Shown: positions 1-14,785 of the stretch, piece after piece | How positions within the stretch are numbered: the first letter of the stretch is position 1 | How the letters are laid out: every line of letters starts with the position of its first letter | Origin: Eledone cirrhosa | Lineage: Eukaryota | Reading direction: 5' to 3' | Length of the DNA: 64,000 nucleotides | Assembly: GCA_964016885.1 (NCBI GenBank) | Contig: OZ024751.1 | Coordinates: 47,368,001 to 47,432,000 of the forward strand | The notes under the pieces: generated by a model | The model's database searches: none | Told to the model about the DNA's origin: nothing | Seen by the model: the letters and a program-made list of their open reading frames with translations, nothing else | Translations under genes and position numbers: made by a program

Positions 1-209
1 TGTTTCCTCCAATCCTGGGTTTGTGTATATATAATATATTACCATCAAACGTTTTATTGCATACATAACCATAAATAGTACCCTTAATACTATATATATA
101 TATATATATACGTGTATATATATATATCTGGCTGCTGATCGAACTTCGAATATGGTGTACTATTGTATATATATATATATACGTATATATATATATATAT
201 ATGCGTATC

Positions 210-240
<31 letters not shown>

Positions 241-251
241 GTATATATATG

Positions 252-286
<35 letters not shown>

Positions 287-574
287 GGGTATAATTTACG
301 ATAGGAGCGGTTTCAAGACGAAAATCCATCTAAATCATCAGATGCACTCGAGGAAAATATTTTGTGGGATGTTCCGAGTCAGTGGCTTGAACAGTGCCCA
401 GTTTGCTAACAGGGCACTTCTCTGGTGTCGCAAAACATTCAGGTCAGTTTTCCATTTAAGGAGTATTGCAGGATATTGTAATATATGCAATCTCTCGCCG
501 ACGCAGAGTTGACAATTGCAGTCTCCGGAATGGTACAAGAATACACTGTCAAGAGAGCTCCCTTGTTGCTGGAC

Positions 575-720
575 CTTCAACAGAATAGCCGGCTGATGAG
601 GTTAACGGGCAAGTGACTGGGCGTTTTATAGACACGTGTAAACTTAACTAAATAAAAGTATAAAAGTAACTTGCTCAAGAACACAACGCGTCACCGGGAA
701 TCGAACACACAATTTTATGA

Positions 721-722
<2 letters not shown>
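575..722 (-). mobile_element. Degenerate tRNA-derived SINE fragment
   Basis: Reverse complement reads GTTCGATTCCCGGTGACGCGTTGTGTTCTTGAGCAAG (B box plus post-head segment), matching the heads at 6578 and 57667. Confidence 0.6.
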
Positions 723-772
<50 letters not shown>

Positions 773-791
773 CTAAACATTATATATATAT

Positions 792-1120
792 ATATGGCTC
801 TGAACATTAATCAGTATACACTGAGGATGAAAAACTCAGAGCTGTATGGGAGCATCCCAAAAGTCAGCTCAAAAGTGACACAGAGGAGACTGAGGTTGGC
901 TGGACATGCTCACCGACATCCAGAGTTGACATTGCACTCACTGCTCCTTTGGGAGCCCCTACATGGACACACTAGAAGGGGAAGACCAAGGTTAACGTAT
1001 GTTGATGCCCTAAGGACAGACACTGGTCTGTTGGAGACGCAGGACATGGCAGCGATAATGAGGGACAGAGACCGCTGGAGAGAACTCGTCCATGGATCTC
1101 GGGAATTTTACCTGCCTTAG
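792..1120 (+). mobile_element. 3' fragment of an RTE/RTE-X clade LINE ORF
   Basis: Translation RRLRLAGHAHRH...LLWEPLHGHTRRGRPRLTYVD...MRDRDRWR is the typical RTE C-terminus; (TA)n on both flanks. Confidence 0.85.
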
Positions 1121-1124
1121 AATA

Positions 1125-1156
<32 letters not shown>

Positions 1157-1159
<3 letters not shown>

Positions 1160-1352
1160 CAAGTAGGACCCCGACGGCTGAGCTCAAGCCGTTCCGACGG
1201 CTAATTCTGGAGTCAAGAATTAGCCGTCGAAACGGCTTGAGCTCAGCCGTCGCGGTCCTACTTGTTCATATTACCCACTCTACCACCCGTAGTATTGAGT
1301 ACTTTGGTGCGTTATGGTCCATCTGGTTCCTTACCACATTTCCTTCGTTATA
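1157..1352. repeat. Fold-back dispersed repeat, family C
   Basis: Palindrome GACGGCTGAGCTCAAGCCG...AATTCT / AGAATT...CGGCTTGAGCTCAGCCGTC followed by a conserved tail ending CCACATTTCCTTCGTTATA; related copies at 18065, 35489 and 53730. Confidence 0.8.
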
Positions 1353-1479
1353 TGTCTATATATATATATATGTACTGTACATATATATATGTGTATACAT
1401 CAGTGTGTGGATCGGAATTTTATTTTATACACCATTAAGTGCACATTCAATTTTTCTTTATATCTCTTTCTTTACACTG

Positions 1480-1565
<86 letters not shown>

Positions 1566-2289
1566 TATATATGCGTACACATCCAAACAAGCACACACAG
1601 CATATACATAATACACCCAAAACCTATATATATATATATATATATACACGTAGCCAGAAGCAGAATAAATCCTATAGAATAAGTATATATATAAACATAA
1701 ATTTAATTTTTTTTTTATTAACAGTAAAATGGAAATAAGATTCGATACTTTTATCGATCCATCTTGATTTGGATTGTTCAGGTATGTTTTATTTTCTCTG
1801 TATCACTTGTTTCACGTATCTTGAGAGTTGAATTTATATGGCGTCGTATGCTTATTTCGCATTTATCCATTAGCTTTTCTATGTTATATATGTAGAAGTC
1901 GTGTTGTAAATACTGAGAAAGAAAAATTATACATCGTAAACTGCATACTAGTACTTATTCTGGATACATCTTTTAAATAGCTATTTAGCTAATTCGTTTT
2001 TCAGCATGCCTCTGTGTATATGTGTGTGTTTATGTGTATATATGTATGTATAATTGCTTGTATTTGTTTAGGAACGTATGTATGCATGCATGCGTCTTTA
2101 TCTGTATGTATGTATGTATGTATGTATGTATGTATGTATGTATGTATGTATGTATGTATGTATGTATGTATGTATGTATGTATGTATGTATCAATAAACA
2201 TATGGATATATCTGTATAGAAATATCTCTCTCTCTCTCTATCTATCTATTTATCTCTCTATCTCACTATCTATCTATCTACACACACAC

Positions 2290-2340
<51 letters not shown>

Positions 2341-2404
2341 AATATATATATATCTGTATATTCGTAAACATACCGTATATTATTCGATATATATATATAA
2401 ATAT

Positions 2405-2725
<321 letters not shown>

Positions 2726-2759
2726 ATACAGCAGTTATATAGATAATAGTTAAACAAAT

Positions 2760-2792
<33 letters not shown>

Positions 2793-3143
2793 TTGGGATT
2801 GAGAGAGAGATAGTGATATATATATATATAGAGGGGGGGGGGGGCGAGAGCAAGAGAGGGAGAGAGTGAGTGTTTAGGAAATTACATTATTGCTAGGTAC
2901 TTAGAACTGTAGGGACAGAGGCATCATTTGTGAGAGCAATTATATGGACAGCCATATATGAGGTGAAGTAAGGTTAGAGAACTAAAGACAGTCTACTAAA
3001 TCTACATCATCATTGCAGATGTTAAATATATTAATACTTCTCTCTCTACCTCCTTCTATCTCTACTATTTCTTTTACTTTTCCCAGAATATCTTTCTCTG
3101 GATGTGTGAGGCATACGTGTATGCATGAGCACACACATACACA

Positions 3144-3196
<53 letters not shown>

Positions 3197-3401
3197 AGAA
3201 GAAGTTTGTGAAACGGAAATGCGGGTATAAAGAATTTATTAGGTAACAATTGTTTCTATAGTGTATGGGTTACCTATACCTCGCTATTTGAATAATATAA
3301 AAATATTATCATACATTCTATATATATATATATATATATGGTCTTTAAAGCGATGAAATACCAATGATGGTTGGAAGATCACTGATGAAGGACTAACTTT
3401 A

Positions 3402-3432
<31 letters not shown>

Positions 3433-3440
<8 letters not shown>

Positions 3441-3548
3441 GGAATAGAATGAAACGAAATTTCATTTCTCACTCTTAGTACGGCACTTACTTAAATGTAA
3501 GTATGTATGTATACGTTCATACATATATGTATACAGACGTACAGTAGC

Positions 3549-3588
<40 letters not shown>

Positions 3589-4027
3589 TACAGGCACACA
3601 TATATATATGCACGTATCAGTTTACCGAACATTTATTATAATGCTCGCTTTGTTCGTTTGTAAACAAACGAACAGCCAGATTTACGCCGTACAGTGTTTA
3701 GGCAACCACGTCACCTTTTTGTTTAACACTGACACAGGAACGATGTACTAGTTTCAAGCTTGTTAGCTATCGTCAGCACCGTATACCTTTCTGCCAGATG
3801 GTTGAACGTTCGAAAGTATATACTTTCCTTATGAAAATTAACGGCTGAGCAGCCTAATTTGCATATCGAGTGAGTTCAGTCGGCCAGGCGCACCGAAAAC
3901 GATAAATGGAATAGAATGAAACGAAATTTCATTTCTCACTCTTAGTACGGCACTTACTTAAATGTAAGTATGTATGTATACGTACATACATATATGTATA
4001 CAGACGTACAGTAGCATGTATATATAT

Positions 4028-4091
<64 letters not shown>

Positions 4092-4118
4092 CAGGCACAC
4101 ATATATATATATGCACGT
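3433..4118. repeat. ~190-bp direct repeats flanking a 285-bp unique core
   Basis: ATAAATGGAATAGAATGAAACG...ATACAGGCACACATATATATATGCACGT at 3433-3616 and 3902-4118. Confidence 0.85.
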
Positions 4119-4131
4119 CATATATATATAC

Positions 4132-4283
4132 AGTAATAATAATAAATTTCAAGACTAAAATCCAAAGAGGGCTCGATAAGGATAAATATATATCAAATAT
4201 ATAAGAACCATAGAGCTTTAGTTTCAGAAGATCCCGTTAAGGGTGAAAGCAGCGATTCTTTGCTCAAACTTTAATCTGTTATG

Positions 4284-4288
<5 letters not shown>
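4132..4288. repeat. Dispersed repeat family B (internally inverted, in TA tracts)
   Basis: AAGACTAAAATCCAAAGAGGGCTCGATAAGG joined to an inverted CAGAAGATCCCGTTAAGGGTGAAAGCAGCG segment; further copies at 10236, 17476, 29692, 41447, 43538, 44754, 50205 and 55812. Confidence 0.85.
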
Positions 4289-4345
<57 letters not shown>

Positions 4346-4587
4346 TACAGGTAATAAAATTATATCTCTATGTAGAAGGAACAAGAGTAGGAATGCTCAA
4401 ATATGTGTATATACATTTCTCATTCCTTTCTATATACATTTACACATTTGTAGCAGATAGACATGTAGCAGATAGGCATGTAAAGATACCAAACTTGAAA
4501 AAAAAAAAAATGATAAACACCTTAAACCAGGTTTAGTGGTTGGCTAGTTGGGCGTTCATTAAAAGGCAAGTATGTCTTTCGCAGTTA

Positions 4588-5172
<585 letters not shown>

Positions 5173-5311
5173 CTATATAAACGTAATGACGATCACGAAC
5201 GTGAATACATATTATTTAAATATTATTTAACTCTAGCTCGACTTCCCAGTTTTGCTTTATTGCAATCAACCCGTCATCACTTAACACACACACACAACCC
5301 GTCATCACTTA

Positions 5312-5432
<121 letters not shown>

Positions 5433-5660
5433 AACACACACACACACACACCATTACTGAAAGTAACCGTACAAACAAGCAGACTACTATACCTATATAT
5501 ATATATATATTGTTATACTTTGGGAGGGTCATGTTGCCAATAAGAAACACACGCACCAGTTGCTTTCACTTCAATTTATTATAATAAATTTATAAATTTA
5601 GGAATTTATACATTTCTGGTTGGTTGGTTGGTTCCACAACCAGATAGTTGTTTATATATT

Positions 5661-5703
5661 GTCAAAGTTCTTTCGTCACACATTCTGTGACCTCTTCAGT
5701 GAC
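5661..5703 (-). ncRNA. Minimal type I hammerhead ribozyme (family E, left arm)
   Basis: GUCA-CUGAAGA-G GUCACA gaaug UGUGAC-GAAA gaac UU-UGAC: intact core, 4-bp stem I, 6-bp stem II. Confidence 0.8.
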
Positions 5704-5832
5704 TGGGGATTCTTTTCTTTGTTTTTGTGCCTCTCCTTTGTTCTGTCCTACGCTATTTTGTTTCTGTGTGTGTGTCAAAATGGCGTAGGACAGAACAAAG
5801 GAGAGGCACAAAAACAAAGAAAAGAATCCCCA

Positions 5833-5875
5833 GTCACTGAAGAGGTCACAGAATGTGTGACGAAAGAACTTTGGC
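5833..5875 (+). ncRNA. Minimal type I hammerhead ribozyme (family E, right arm)
   Basis: GUCA-CUGAAGA-GGUCACAGAAUGUGUGAC-GAAA gaac UU-UGGC; stem I is retained with one G-U pair. Confidence 0.8.
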
Positions 5876-6083
5876 AATATATAAACAACTATATGGTTGT
5901 GGAACCAACCAACCAACCAGAAATTTATAAATTCCTAAATTTATAAATTTATTATAATAAATTGAAGTGAAAGCAACTGGTGCGTGTGTTTCTTATTGGC
6001 AACATGACCCTCCCAAAGTATAACAATATCAGTTTCAACACACGATTTCAGATAAAGAATCTTGCTAAACAAATTCAGAAACG

Positions 6084-6134
<51 letters not shown>

Positions 6135-6350
6135 AATCCTATAATGAAACGAGTCGTCCGTCTGGGAAGAGATATATTAGATATATCTCATTTGAAATAA
6201 TGCAGCCAACTTTCCACGCAATACTTTTAGTTAGCACCCCGAACACATAATTGGGAATATAATCACTTATTTCCTAATGTTTGTTCAGTGAGTTGGAATT
6301 TGGCCGGAGCATCGCTAAAAAGCTTTCTCCGATATTGTATTTATTTATAT

Positions 6351-6465
<115 letters not shown>

Positions 6466-6505
6466 TATATATATAGGTATATATTTATATACATATAGAC
6501 ATATA

Positions 6506-6557
<52 letters not shown>

Positions 6558-6577
6558 CGCATATATATATATATATA

Positions 6578-6788
6578 TGGCTGAGTGGTTAGAGAATTGT
6601 ATTCGCAATCGTAAGGTGGTGAGTTCGATTCCTGGACCAGGCGATGCGTTATGTCCTTGAGCAAGACACTTTATTTCACGTTGCTCCTTCTACCTGGAGT
6701 TGCGACCGATAGATAGTATTAGCAATTGGAAAGACCAACGGAAACATTGTTCCCTCGGTCCGATTTGACAAAAAAGTCGATCGTTCCT
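6578..6788 (+). mobile_element. tRNA-derived SINE (family 2)
   Basis: A box TGGCTGAGTGG and B box GAGTTCGATTCC; body shared with 50803-51002. Confidence 0.85.
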
Positions 6789-6827
6789 TTTATATATATA
6801 TATGTATATATATATATAAATATATAA

Positions 6828-6862
<35 letters not shown>

Positions 6863-6867
6863 TATAT

Positions 6868-8428
6868 GTTTCTTTTATTTGCCACAAGGGCATCAAAAGT
6901 GGGACAAGTACAATGGGGGGAGTTTACAAAACAAGGCGTCCTCAATAGGGAGGAGGCAATAACAAAATATAAAAATAAAATAAAATATAACAAGAAATAG
7001 AATTATAACAAAATCCTCAATAGAGGATTTTGTTATAAAATATAACAAAAAATAAAATTTATAACAAAATCCTCAATAGAGGGGAGGCGCCTTGGGGGGT
7101 CGCACACACCCCCGAAAAAAGTGTGCAACACTTTTCCTCAGGAGCACAGAGAGAGGGTGCTCCCTCGTTCCTTCCTCTTTTCCACCTACAGGCTTATGTA
7201 AAGAGAAGGCCCATTCACACGGGCCATTCTCGCCACTTTCACCCACCTTTCATAAAAACGACTGGGGTGCAACACCTCTCTCTCCATCCTGATCCTTCTT
7301 CCGAAATGATATCGGAAGAAACGGACCAGCTGTTGGCCAGAGAGAAAGGTGCCTGACCTCAGTCCTTTCAGACGCGTCCACCATACAACCTCTTTCGCCA
7401 TGGCTATTACGCACAGAAACACCGCCTCTGCTTCATCTTTGAAGGGGGGAGGTGGCTTGATCATTACAATAGACTCGGTGGTCAACCGGATCGGTCCCAC
7501 CCTTGACAGCAGTTGTTCGACATAGCCCCACAGATCGGCTACGCCCGAGCAGTGTACCAATGCGTGTGCAACGGTTTCCTCGTCGCACACGCATCTGGGA
7601 CAGATCTTTTTGGCGGGGTCCCTACCCAGGCGCCCGTGTCTGTAGAGCCTTTCTCGAACGGGTAAAGCTCCTCGGTAGCACTGCCAGGCCAGGGACTTCT
7701 GGAAGTTGTCCATAGGTCCCGGGCTGAATGTCCTACCGAACAGGCCGGCCAGTTCGTCCTCCTCCATGTCTAGGGCTTCTCCGAGGGCGTCGTCGCACCT
7801 GCTGCGTACCAGCCCTCTATAGAATGTTGTGGTGGAGTCTCCACTGATAACCGGATCGGCCTGCCAGAGGGCGGTGAGCGCCTGGGCACACTCAGTGTGC
7901 CAGGCGCCCAGTTTTCTCGGTCTTTGCTTGACCCAGGATTGCAGCTCGGTGAGTGAGACGAGTCTGGGAAAGGTTCGTCTCACAAACGAGGCCCACACCG
8001 GTTGTCCGGTGAGGAATACGTAGAGGTGCCGTAGCCTAAATGCGTGTTTACGCATCATTAGCCACGGCATCCCCAGCCCTTTTTTCGAAGGGTGTTGACA
8101 GCAGATGGATCTCCTCACCATAGGAGCCCGCCTCTTCCAAAGGAATTGGAAGAGCGCGCGCTCCATCTTGGTGAGGGTTTCCCTTGGGCAGGGCACTACG
8201 GTCAGGCGGTAGTAGATGACGGACGCTATGTAGGTGTTCGCCACCTCCGCCCGACCTTTCAGGGATAGTTTGCAACTGGCCCACTTCTGGGTCAGCGCAA
8301 ACACCCTGTTCGTAACCTCCTCCCAGTTTTTCTCCACGCCATCGGAGGGCATCGGTCTGCCCCTCCATGTGCCGAGTTGCAAATCGATCGACTTGTCCCG
8401 GTTCAGCTTAGCCCCTGTGAACTTTTCG
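6868..8428 (-). mobile_element. 5'-truncated L1/Tx1-clade LINE with intact 3'UTR
   Basis: ORF 7186-8382 is nearly identical to the C-terminal half of ORF 18194-20524 and has the zinc-knuckle-like motif CPRCVCDEETVAHALVHC. It ends AATAAAAGAAAC into (TA)n and carries a 22-codon in-frame deletion relative to the long copy. Confidence 0.92.
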
Positions 8429-8463
8429 ATATAGGTATATATTTATATACATATAGACATATA

Positions 8464-8513
<50 letters not shown>

Positions 8514-8608
8514 CGCACATATATATATATGCATATATATATACATATACATATATATATATACCTATATATATATATTTATATATACATATATATATAT
8601 ATATACGC

Positions 8609-8640
<32 letters not shown>

Positions 8641-8645
8641 ATATA

Positions 8646-8695
<50 letters not shown>

Positions 8696-8764
8696 TGTAT
8701 ATATATATATGTATATATATATATAAATATATATATATATGTATATAAATATATAAATATATAA

Positions 8765-8805
<41 letters not shown>

Positions 8806-8852
8806 AATATATATAAATATTTATATATATATGTATATATATATATATATAA

Positions 8853-8902
<50 letters not shown>

Positions 8903-9029
8903 CAGTGTTTTACAACACTGATTCTTAATTCCCTTATATATTATTATTATTGAAACTCTGCTCCACACGAGCATCAAGTGCTCACTTCGGCATACCACCT
9001 ACGGACACAATTAATTTGCACCTTAAATA

Positions 9030-9112
<83 letters not shown>

Positions 9113-9135
9113 GTATATATATATATATATATATA

Positions 9136-9283
<148 letters not shown>

Positions 9284-9311
9284 TATATGCACTATATATA
9301 TATATATATTT

Positions 9312-9379
<68 letters not shown>

Positions 9380-9389
9380 ATATATCTAT

Positions 9390-9445
9390 TAAACCCATGC
9401 TAGCGTGGAAGATAGACGTTAAACGATGATGATGATGATGATGAT
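9390..9445 (+). mobile_element. Retroposon 3' tail remnant with (GAT)n
   Basis: CATGCTAGCGTGGAAGATAGACGTTAAACGATGATGAT; an inverted relative lies at 56128-56172. Confidence 0.6.
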
Positions 9446-9467
9446 TATATTTATATATATATATATA

Positions 9468-9547
<80 letters not shown>

Positions 9548-9711
9548 CTATGTATACTGTACATACATGCATATATATATATATATATACATACATGTAT
9601 GTACAGTATATATAGAATTATAAATACTTCTTCAATTATCAAGAAGCCTTGCTTAATTTTTTCTAATTTCCTGTCTATATTATGTATGTATGCATGTATG
9701 TATGTATGTAT

Positions 9712-9817
<106 letters not shown>

Positions 9818-10148
9818 GTATATATGTATCTATATATATATATATGGTGTAGTAGACGCAAGTAAACCGCTAGAATGATACCGTGGAAATCACCAGGCTA
9901 TGTTGTTCCAACAATGTTCGTTGTGAAAAAGTAACTGTATAGGAAGTTAAAGAAACTCCACCATCCAACGATAATGACGCAACATTTCCGGTGCACAGAA
10001 ATAATGGTACAACTTTTTACCTATTAACTTTCGTACAACAAGACACACATATACACATGCACACGCCCAAAGACAAACGCATACACAAACACCCATATAC
10101 GCATATATATGTATATATATTATATTCAGATGTCATCTTGGCATTTTA

Positions 10149-10236
<88 letters not shown>

Positions 10237-10274
10237 TTATTAAAATAACAGATTAAAGTTTAAGCAAAGAATCG

Positions 10275-10305
<31 letters not shown>

Positions 10306-10437
10306 GTAGGTGTAGGAGGTGAGTTTTATTGTAGTACAATAAAGCAATGCAGATATCGGATAAGAAGCACTCTACAGTTTGTAGGACTGGAGTATACATA
10401 ATATATAAGATCAAAAGATGGTTAAAAGAGTTCCATG

Positions 10438-10508
10438 TATTTTATTATGCGCATTTCAAAAACAAATATCATCATGCAATAACATTTGTGTTTTCATCAG
10501 ATAAAATA
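10438..10508 (-). ncRNA. pLTR hammerhead ribozyme (left arm)
   Basis: UAUUUUAU-CUGAUGA-long stem II-GAAA ugcgca UA-AUAAAAUA: 8-bp stem I and a palindromic stem III loop. Confidence 0.88.
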
Positions 10509-11235
10509 GGAAGACATGATATGAAGGTTAAAAAACACTTGTGGATAGTGCAGTTTTAAATCAACATATGAAAAGTAGTTTTAGATTGATGTGTGATATT
10601 GGGAAAAAAAAATGTTTGAGGGGGAGGGGAGGTTGGAAAGGATGAAAAAGAGGAGGAGATGAGAGTAAAAAGTGGAGGGGGAGGAGTATAATGAGGAAGG
10701 ATGAGATAGGAGGAGAGATGGGTGATAGAGAGAGAGAGAGATAGCTTTTATAACTGAGAAAAATATATTGTTTTACATAGAGAGGTTGAAAAACCGTTGG
10801 AAGATAATATATAAATTAAAAGAATTTGAAAATTAACGAAGAGAAAAATAATGTAAAGTTAAGGTTTGTATATAGGGTTTAATAATATGTGCGATGAAAA
10901 GAAATTGTTAATATGTATTAAGAATAATATTTAAGGGTTTAATAATATGTGCGATGGAAAGAAAATGTTAATATGTATTAAGAATAATATTTAAGGATTT
11001 AATAATATGTGCGATTGAAAGAAAATGTTGATATGTATTATTAAAAATAGCAAAGGTAATGTAAGTAAGGATATATTGTGAAAAAAGTAGAAGATAGGAT
11101 GAAATAGATGAGCATGAAAGTGAGAAAAAAATAATGAATTGAGGATGAATAATCTAACGTCAAAAAAATGTTTATGTTTACGAAGGATTTTTTCAAGGTG
11201 ATATAAAGTAAGAATATATTGTATTGTGTAATAAT

Positions 11236-11945
11236 TGTTTTTGTATCTAGGTCTTTTATTAAAGTTATTGGAATGATCATGATTAATTATTCTACTGTAA
11301 GATCTTCTAGAATTTGTTTCTTTACTATATTTGATTTTATCAGGATAGCCGGCTTTAGAAAGTGCGTTATTATAGTAATTGGCGTTAGCATCAAAGATGT
11401 TTTTATTAGAAGATAGGTTAGATATTCTTTTTCCAATATTACTAACTATAGCATTCTTAATATTAGTAGGGTGGTTAGATTTAAAATTAACATAATTTAG
11501 GTTCTCATTGTTTTTATGGTAAGGGTAATATAGGCCAGTGTCAAGATTAAGAGATACATCCAAGAAATTAGCTAGTTTGATGCTGTTATCAAATTCAATT
11601 TTTAAGTTATGTTGGTTAAAGAGATTACGTATATTGTTCTTAATAATATTAAGGTTAACTATGTTGCAATTTAAGATAGTAAAGAGTCCATCGTCACGAT
11701 AAATTCCACCGCGAAGTTGAGGAATTTTCCGACTCAAAGAGTTCAAAATAAAGATACCAATTAAATCTGTCAATTGGGATGAATCGGATGCTCCCATTGT
11801 GATGTCAAAGTTGTTAGAGGTATCGGCTCTGGTCCAATATTCGTTGTTGAACTCTAGGATGGTTTTACGTGCGGTGAGAATGATGTGAAGTTCATCTGTG
11901 GTGATGTCAGAATATTTAAGTGCGAAAGATAGAGCATTGTTGAAT
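11236..11945 (-). pseudogene. Penelope-like reverse transcriptase core fragment
   Basis: Motifs ITMGASDSSQLTDLIG, GGIYRDDGL, FLDVSLNL and YVNFKSNHP; the frame runs into the 3'UTR after an internal deletion. Confidence 0.9.
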
Positions 11946-13070
11946 CTTGACACTGGCCTATATTACCCTTACCATAAAAACAATGAGAACCTAAATTATG
12001 TTAACTTTAAATCTAACCATCCTACTAATAATAATAAAAACATCTTTGATGCTAACGCCAATTACTATAATAACGCGCTTTCTAAAGCCGGCTATCCAGA
12101 TAAAATCAAATATAGTAAAGAAACAAATTCTAGAAGATCTTACAGTAGAATAATTAATCATGATCATTCCAATAACTTTAATAAAAGACCTAGATACAAA
12201 AACATAATCTGGTATAATGCTCCTTTCTCCATCTCTATTAATAATAATATTCCTAAATTATTCTTTAGTGCCTTAAATAAATGCTTCCCTCCCTCACATA
12301 TCTATAGTAAAATATTTAACAAACACACTATAAAATATTCCTATTCGACATCCTCCAACATTTCCAACATTATCTCTAAACACAACAATAAAATACTAAA
12401 TACTAAATCTCTTCCTTCCAACACTGAATATCATAATAATAGTAATAGTACTCCCGACGTCATTGTTAACTCTAGGCTAATTTCTGCAAACCCAAATACA
12501 ACGTCAAACACAACTTCGCTAAATGTTCTTAATCCCATTCTAAATCAAGAAACTAGTATTCCTATCGCAAATAACTTCTCCAATCCAATTCCTTCTATAG
12601 ATAACACTAGGTCACTCGTTAATAATCTCTCTAATCGCAATTGCAATTGCCCTGTTAAAAATAAATGTCCTCTCAACAACCATTGTCTTGATAAAAACTT
12701 AATCTACGAATGTAAAGTTATAACTGACACCAATTCCTTCACCTATTTTGGCTCCACTTCCACCTCCTTTAAAGCTCGTCTTTATAATCATCATTCGTCT
12801 TTTAAATACCAACTTAAAAGAACCAACACGGCTCTCGCAGAACTCATATGGTCCTTGAAAGACAAAAATATTAAATATAACATCTCTTGGAAAAATGTTT
12901 CCTCTGCTTCTTTATACTTGAACAGTTCTCTATCCAAGACTTGCAATCTCTGTCTAAATAAAAAATTTGCCATTATATCTAATTTAGATTCTATAATAAA
13001 TAGACGCACTGACTTGTTTTCTCTCTGCTTGCATAAATTCCACAGAACATTCCATAAAGTATACAGCTAA
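11943..13070 (+). pseudogene. Penelope-like RT thumb, Cys-rich linker and GIY-YIG endonuclease
   Basis: IIWYNAPFS; linker NCNCPVKNKCPLNNHC; LIYECKV..TYFGSTSTSFKARLYNH (GIY-YIG-like); terminal CNLC and CLH. Confidence 0.9.
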
Positions 13071-14061
13071 TATCCAATACTTTATCAATTTAGAATCCTT
13101 TTCTCAAAGGCATATATATATATATATATATACTTCTTTAAAAATATACCCATCTTTCTACCTTATTTCAAAGTTATTTATTATACATTATATAATACTT
13201 GTTACTTATTCTATATCACTTCTATTTATCACTTCCCTTTCTTCCTTTTCCTTTTCTTTTCTTTTTCTTTTAATTTCTAACCCCTAATCTGTACCTTTTT
13301 CTCACTGTGCCTAACATAGAAACAATTATTACACAATACAATATATATATACTTTATATCACCTTGAAAAAATCCTTCGTAAACATAAACATTTTTTTGA
13401 CGTTAGATTATTCATCCTCATTTTTTTGACGTTAGATTATTCATCCTCAATTCATTATTTTTTTCTCACTTTCATGCTCATCTATTTCATCCTATCTTCT
13501 ACTTTTTTCACAATATATCCTTACTTACATTACCTTTGCTATTTTTAATAATACATATCAACATTTTCTTTCAATCGCGCATATTATTAAATCCTTAAAT
13601 ATTATTCTTAATACATATTAACATTTTCTTTCCATCGCACATATTATTAAACCCTTAAATATTATTCTTAATACATATTAACAATTTCTTTTCATCGCAC
13701 ATATTATTAAACCCTTCAATATACAAACCTTAACTTTACATTATTTTTCTCTTCGTTAATTTTCAAATTCTTTTAATTTATACATTATCTTCCAACGGTT
13801 TTTCAACCTCTCTATGTAAAACAATATATTTTTCTCAGTTATAAAAGCTATCTCTCTCTCTCTATCACCCATCTCTCCTCCTATCTCATCCTTCCTCATT
13901 ATACTCCTCCCCCTCCACTTTTTACTCTCATCTCTTCTTCTTTTTCACCCCCCCCCAATTTTTTTCCCCAATATCACACATCAATCTAAAACTACTTTTC
14001 ATATGTTGATTTAAAACTGCACTATCAACAAGTGTTTTTTAACCTTCATATCATGTCTTCC

Positions 14062-14132
14062 TATTTTATCTGATGAAAACACAAATGTTATTGCATGATG
14101 ATATTTGTTTTTGAAATGCGCATAATAAAATA
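14062..14132 (+). ncRNA. pLTR hammerhead ribozyme (right arm)
   Basis: Same sequence as the left-arm HHR; CTGATGA at 14070-14076 and GAAA at 14113-14116. Confidence 0.88.
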
Positions 14133-14160
14133 CATGGAACTCTTTTAACCATCTTTTGAT

Positions 14161-14236
<76 letters not shown>

Positions 14237-14500
14237 AATATAAATTCAGCGAGAATCGCATTTCGGCGGGTAGAAATTAGCGAAACGCAACTTCCATATT
14301 GTGCAGACAAGCGCTCCATGGATATGAAGAAGAAGATACCAGAGCTATAAACATAAGTTAAAATGGTCATACACGCTGAAACGATGGTTAAGAAGCCATT
14401 AACCACCATAGCCAAAAAAGCGAACAAGCTAAACGGGTCAAACAAAATGAGATATGAGTGAAATATTTACCCGGACCCTCGATATATATATGTATGTATG

Positions 14501-14615
<115 letters not shown>

Positions 14616-14641
14616 GTATACATATATATATATATGTATAC

Positions 14642-14687
<46 letters not shown>

Positions 14688-14699
14688 ATCTGTGTGAAG

Positions 14700-14785
<86 letters not shown>

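Larger units (their letters stand above)
5507..6029. repeat. ~254-bp-arm near-perfect palindrome (family E)
   Basis: 5507-5760 is the reverse complement of 5776-6029, with a 15-nt spacer. Confidence 0.95.
10305..14165. mobile_element. Penelope-like element (Naiad-type) in an inverted two-arm configuration
   Basis: Left arm (minus, 11945 down to 10305) and right arm (plus, 11942-14165). 10402-11240 is the reverse complement of about 13320-14165; 11240-11548 is the reverse complement of 11943-12203. Each arm ends in an HHR-bearing pLTR, flanked by (TA)n. Confidence 0.92.

Noticed and set aside
6578-6640. Bona fide tRNA gene
   Set aside because: A and B boxes are present but there is no acceptor stem or terminator; it continues into a repeated SINE body.
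8978-8992. GTGCTCACTTCGGCA resembling the U6 snRNA 5' end
   Set aside because: Only about 15 nt with a mismatch, and similarity stops immediately; compatible with chance.
11898-13070. Selenocysteine-containing Naiad ORF
   Set aside because: The Cys-rich linker uses ordinary Cys codons and the ORF has no in-frame TGA.
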